DNA of 64,000 bases from positions 71,548,001 to 71,612,000 of the forward strand of contig OX597815.1 in assembly GCA_951406725.2 (NCBI GenBank). The letters are read 5' to 3'. The DNA is from Octopus vulgaris. Its lineage: Eukaryota. A program made the position numbers and the translations under genes. Of the stretch, positions 62,186-64,000 are shown piece after piece. The stretch's first letter is position 1. Each line of letters begins with the position of its first letter. A model generated the notes under the pieces. That model searched no databases, was not told where the DNA came from, and saw only the letters and a program-made list of their open reading frames with translations.

Positions 62186-63015
62186 CGTCGGCGTCATTGT
62201 TATTATTATTATTCCCAATTATCAGACTCTAGGGATTTAACAGTATCAATATTATTAGTAGTTGATAATGTCACTGGGTGCAATGATTTTTTCAGGCTTT
62301 TGTTTTAGATGTTTGGCTTGTGTGAGTTAGTAAAGCACTTAAAAGATATGTTATAGTAGTGGTAGTGGTGGTGGTGGCAGCTGCTACTATAAGTATTAGA
62401 TAAATTTAATAAATTGTTTTTGCTTTATTTCAGTTTATTAAACCAACCATTTTCATTGGCTTTTGTTATGTAATATTTGTTTTATTGGGTGGGGGGAAGT
62501 ACTTTACATTGATTGTATAGATCTGCTTTATATACAAATTTCTTTCGAAAAAGATTTGCTGAGAATTTCTATTTAGAAGCTCAGCTACAAAATATGAAAA
62601 AGCTTTTAAAAAAATAAAACCCACACAAAAGAAAAAGAAAAAAAATTAGTAAACTTCTTTGAACTTGGTTAAATGAGTGGAAAGTTGGCTTGTTATCAGT
62701 TTAGACTTGTAACCGAGCAACAGTAGAAAGTTGAAGGTTATAGCCCTCTGGGAACCATGGAATGATGCCATGGAATCTGTGTAGAGTTATTGCATTCACT
62801 GTCAGCTCTCTCTTCAGAAAGATTACCAGCTGTATGTACTGTATGCAGTTACACACCGACCTCTGTGCATTAGGAACTCTCCATGGTTCCCACTTCTTAC
62901 CACATGGTTTCAAGCTCTGTTTCCCTGTGAGGTACCTTGGGTAAGTCATCTACAATAACTTCAGGGAACCATTGCCTTTCAGTGGAATGGGTTGATAGAA
63001 ACTGTATGGAAGCCC

Positions 63016-63047
<32 letters not shown>

Positions 63048-63187
63048 GATGGAAGTCATGGAAAAACGAGATCCAGGAAGTTGTGGGACTAAGTATTGAA
63101 GGCTAATTTCAGAACACTGAGCCTTATGAAAGAGATGACAGAGGAGCAAGATATTCTGCCAGTTCACTGCCTTATTAATAATTCTAT

Positions 63188-63503
63188 TATAGACACAAGG
63201 CCTGAAATATATGGGGAGGGGGCTGGTCAATTACATCAACCCTCAACTGGTACTTATTTTATCGACCCTGAAAGGATGAAACGCAAAGTTGACCTCAGTG
63301 GAATTTGAACTCAGAATGTAAAAAAGATTGACAAAATGCTTAGCAGCATTTCATCCATCTTTATACTGAGTTCAAATTCCACCAAGGTTGACTTTACTTT
63401 TCATCCTTTTGAGGTTGATAAAATAAGTACCAGTCAAGTACTAGGGTCAATGTAATTGACTTCCTCTCCCCTCAAAAACTGCTGGCCCTATGCCAAAATT
63501 TTC
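63188..63503. mobile_element. Head-to-head inverted pair of SINE-B copies
   Basis: Minus copy at about 63188-63322 abuts a plus copy at about 63328-63503. Confidence 0.88.
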
Positions 63504-64000
63504 ATTAATTAATTAATTAATAATAATAATAATAATAATAATAGAGATAAAAGCTGGACAAGTATATCTTTATCATTCACTCATCTTGTGCATTTCTTAT
63601 AAGCCAACATAGAAACTGCAAGTCTGTGTACCAGTAATTACAGTACACTGATTTGTGAATTCAGCCAATCAGTTGGATTTCTTTTTGATGTAATCTAGAG
63701 TGTGTGTGTGTGTTTGCACATGTGTGGTTATGTTTGCACATAAATCTTAAAATCTCTTAGCTCACTCATATATCCTGTCACATTATATCCTGTCTCCAGC
63801 TCCAGTTCTGTGTCAACTCATCTGAAGTTTAATTACTTTGACAGATTCATAGGTTTTGCATGAATTGTTCGAGCAAATTAGGTTCTTTCTCTTTATATTT
63901 ATTCATTTATTTCATTACATAGATGTAATGCTAACAATGTTTAGATTAACCCTAATCCATCTTTACACATGCATGCACACACTTTTTTTTTTACTGATCT

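Overview
AT-rich, CpG-poor, microsatellite-dense eukaryotic DNA with no recognisable host protein-coding exon. The SINE and LINE families resemble those of octopus (coleoid cephalopod), which is an inference from repeat content. The window is probably intronic or intergenic and mostly transposon debris. It holds one young 5'-truncated RTE-clade LINE (53419-55930) whose open RT frame carries a C4HC3 PHD-type zinc finger, plus older RTE fragments and many isolated RTE 3' tails. There are dozens of tRNA-derived SINEs of three types, two internally deleted piggyBac elements and related MITEs, a mariner remnant and a hAT MITE. The least expected signal is a set of degenerate minimal hammerhead-ribozyme-like motifs (about 19293, 23077, 23772, 27621) in Penelope-like remnants or short microsatellite-flanked units. 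Two ~115-bp-arm palindromes (1745-2002, 22656-22889) may belong to the same class. Nearly all other ORFs in the track are low-complexity artefacts. Boundaries of degraded repeats are approximate.
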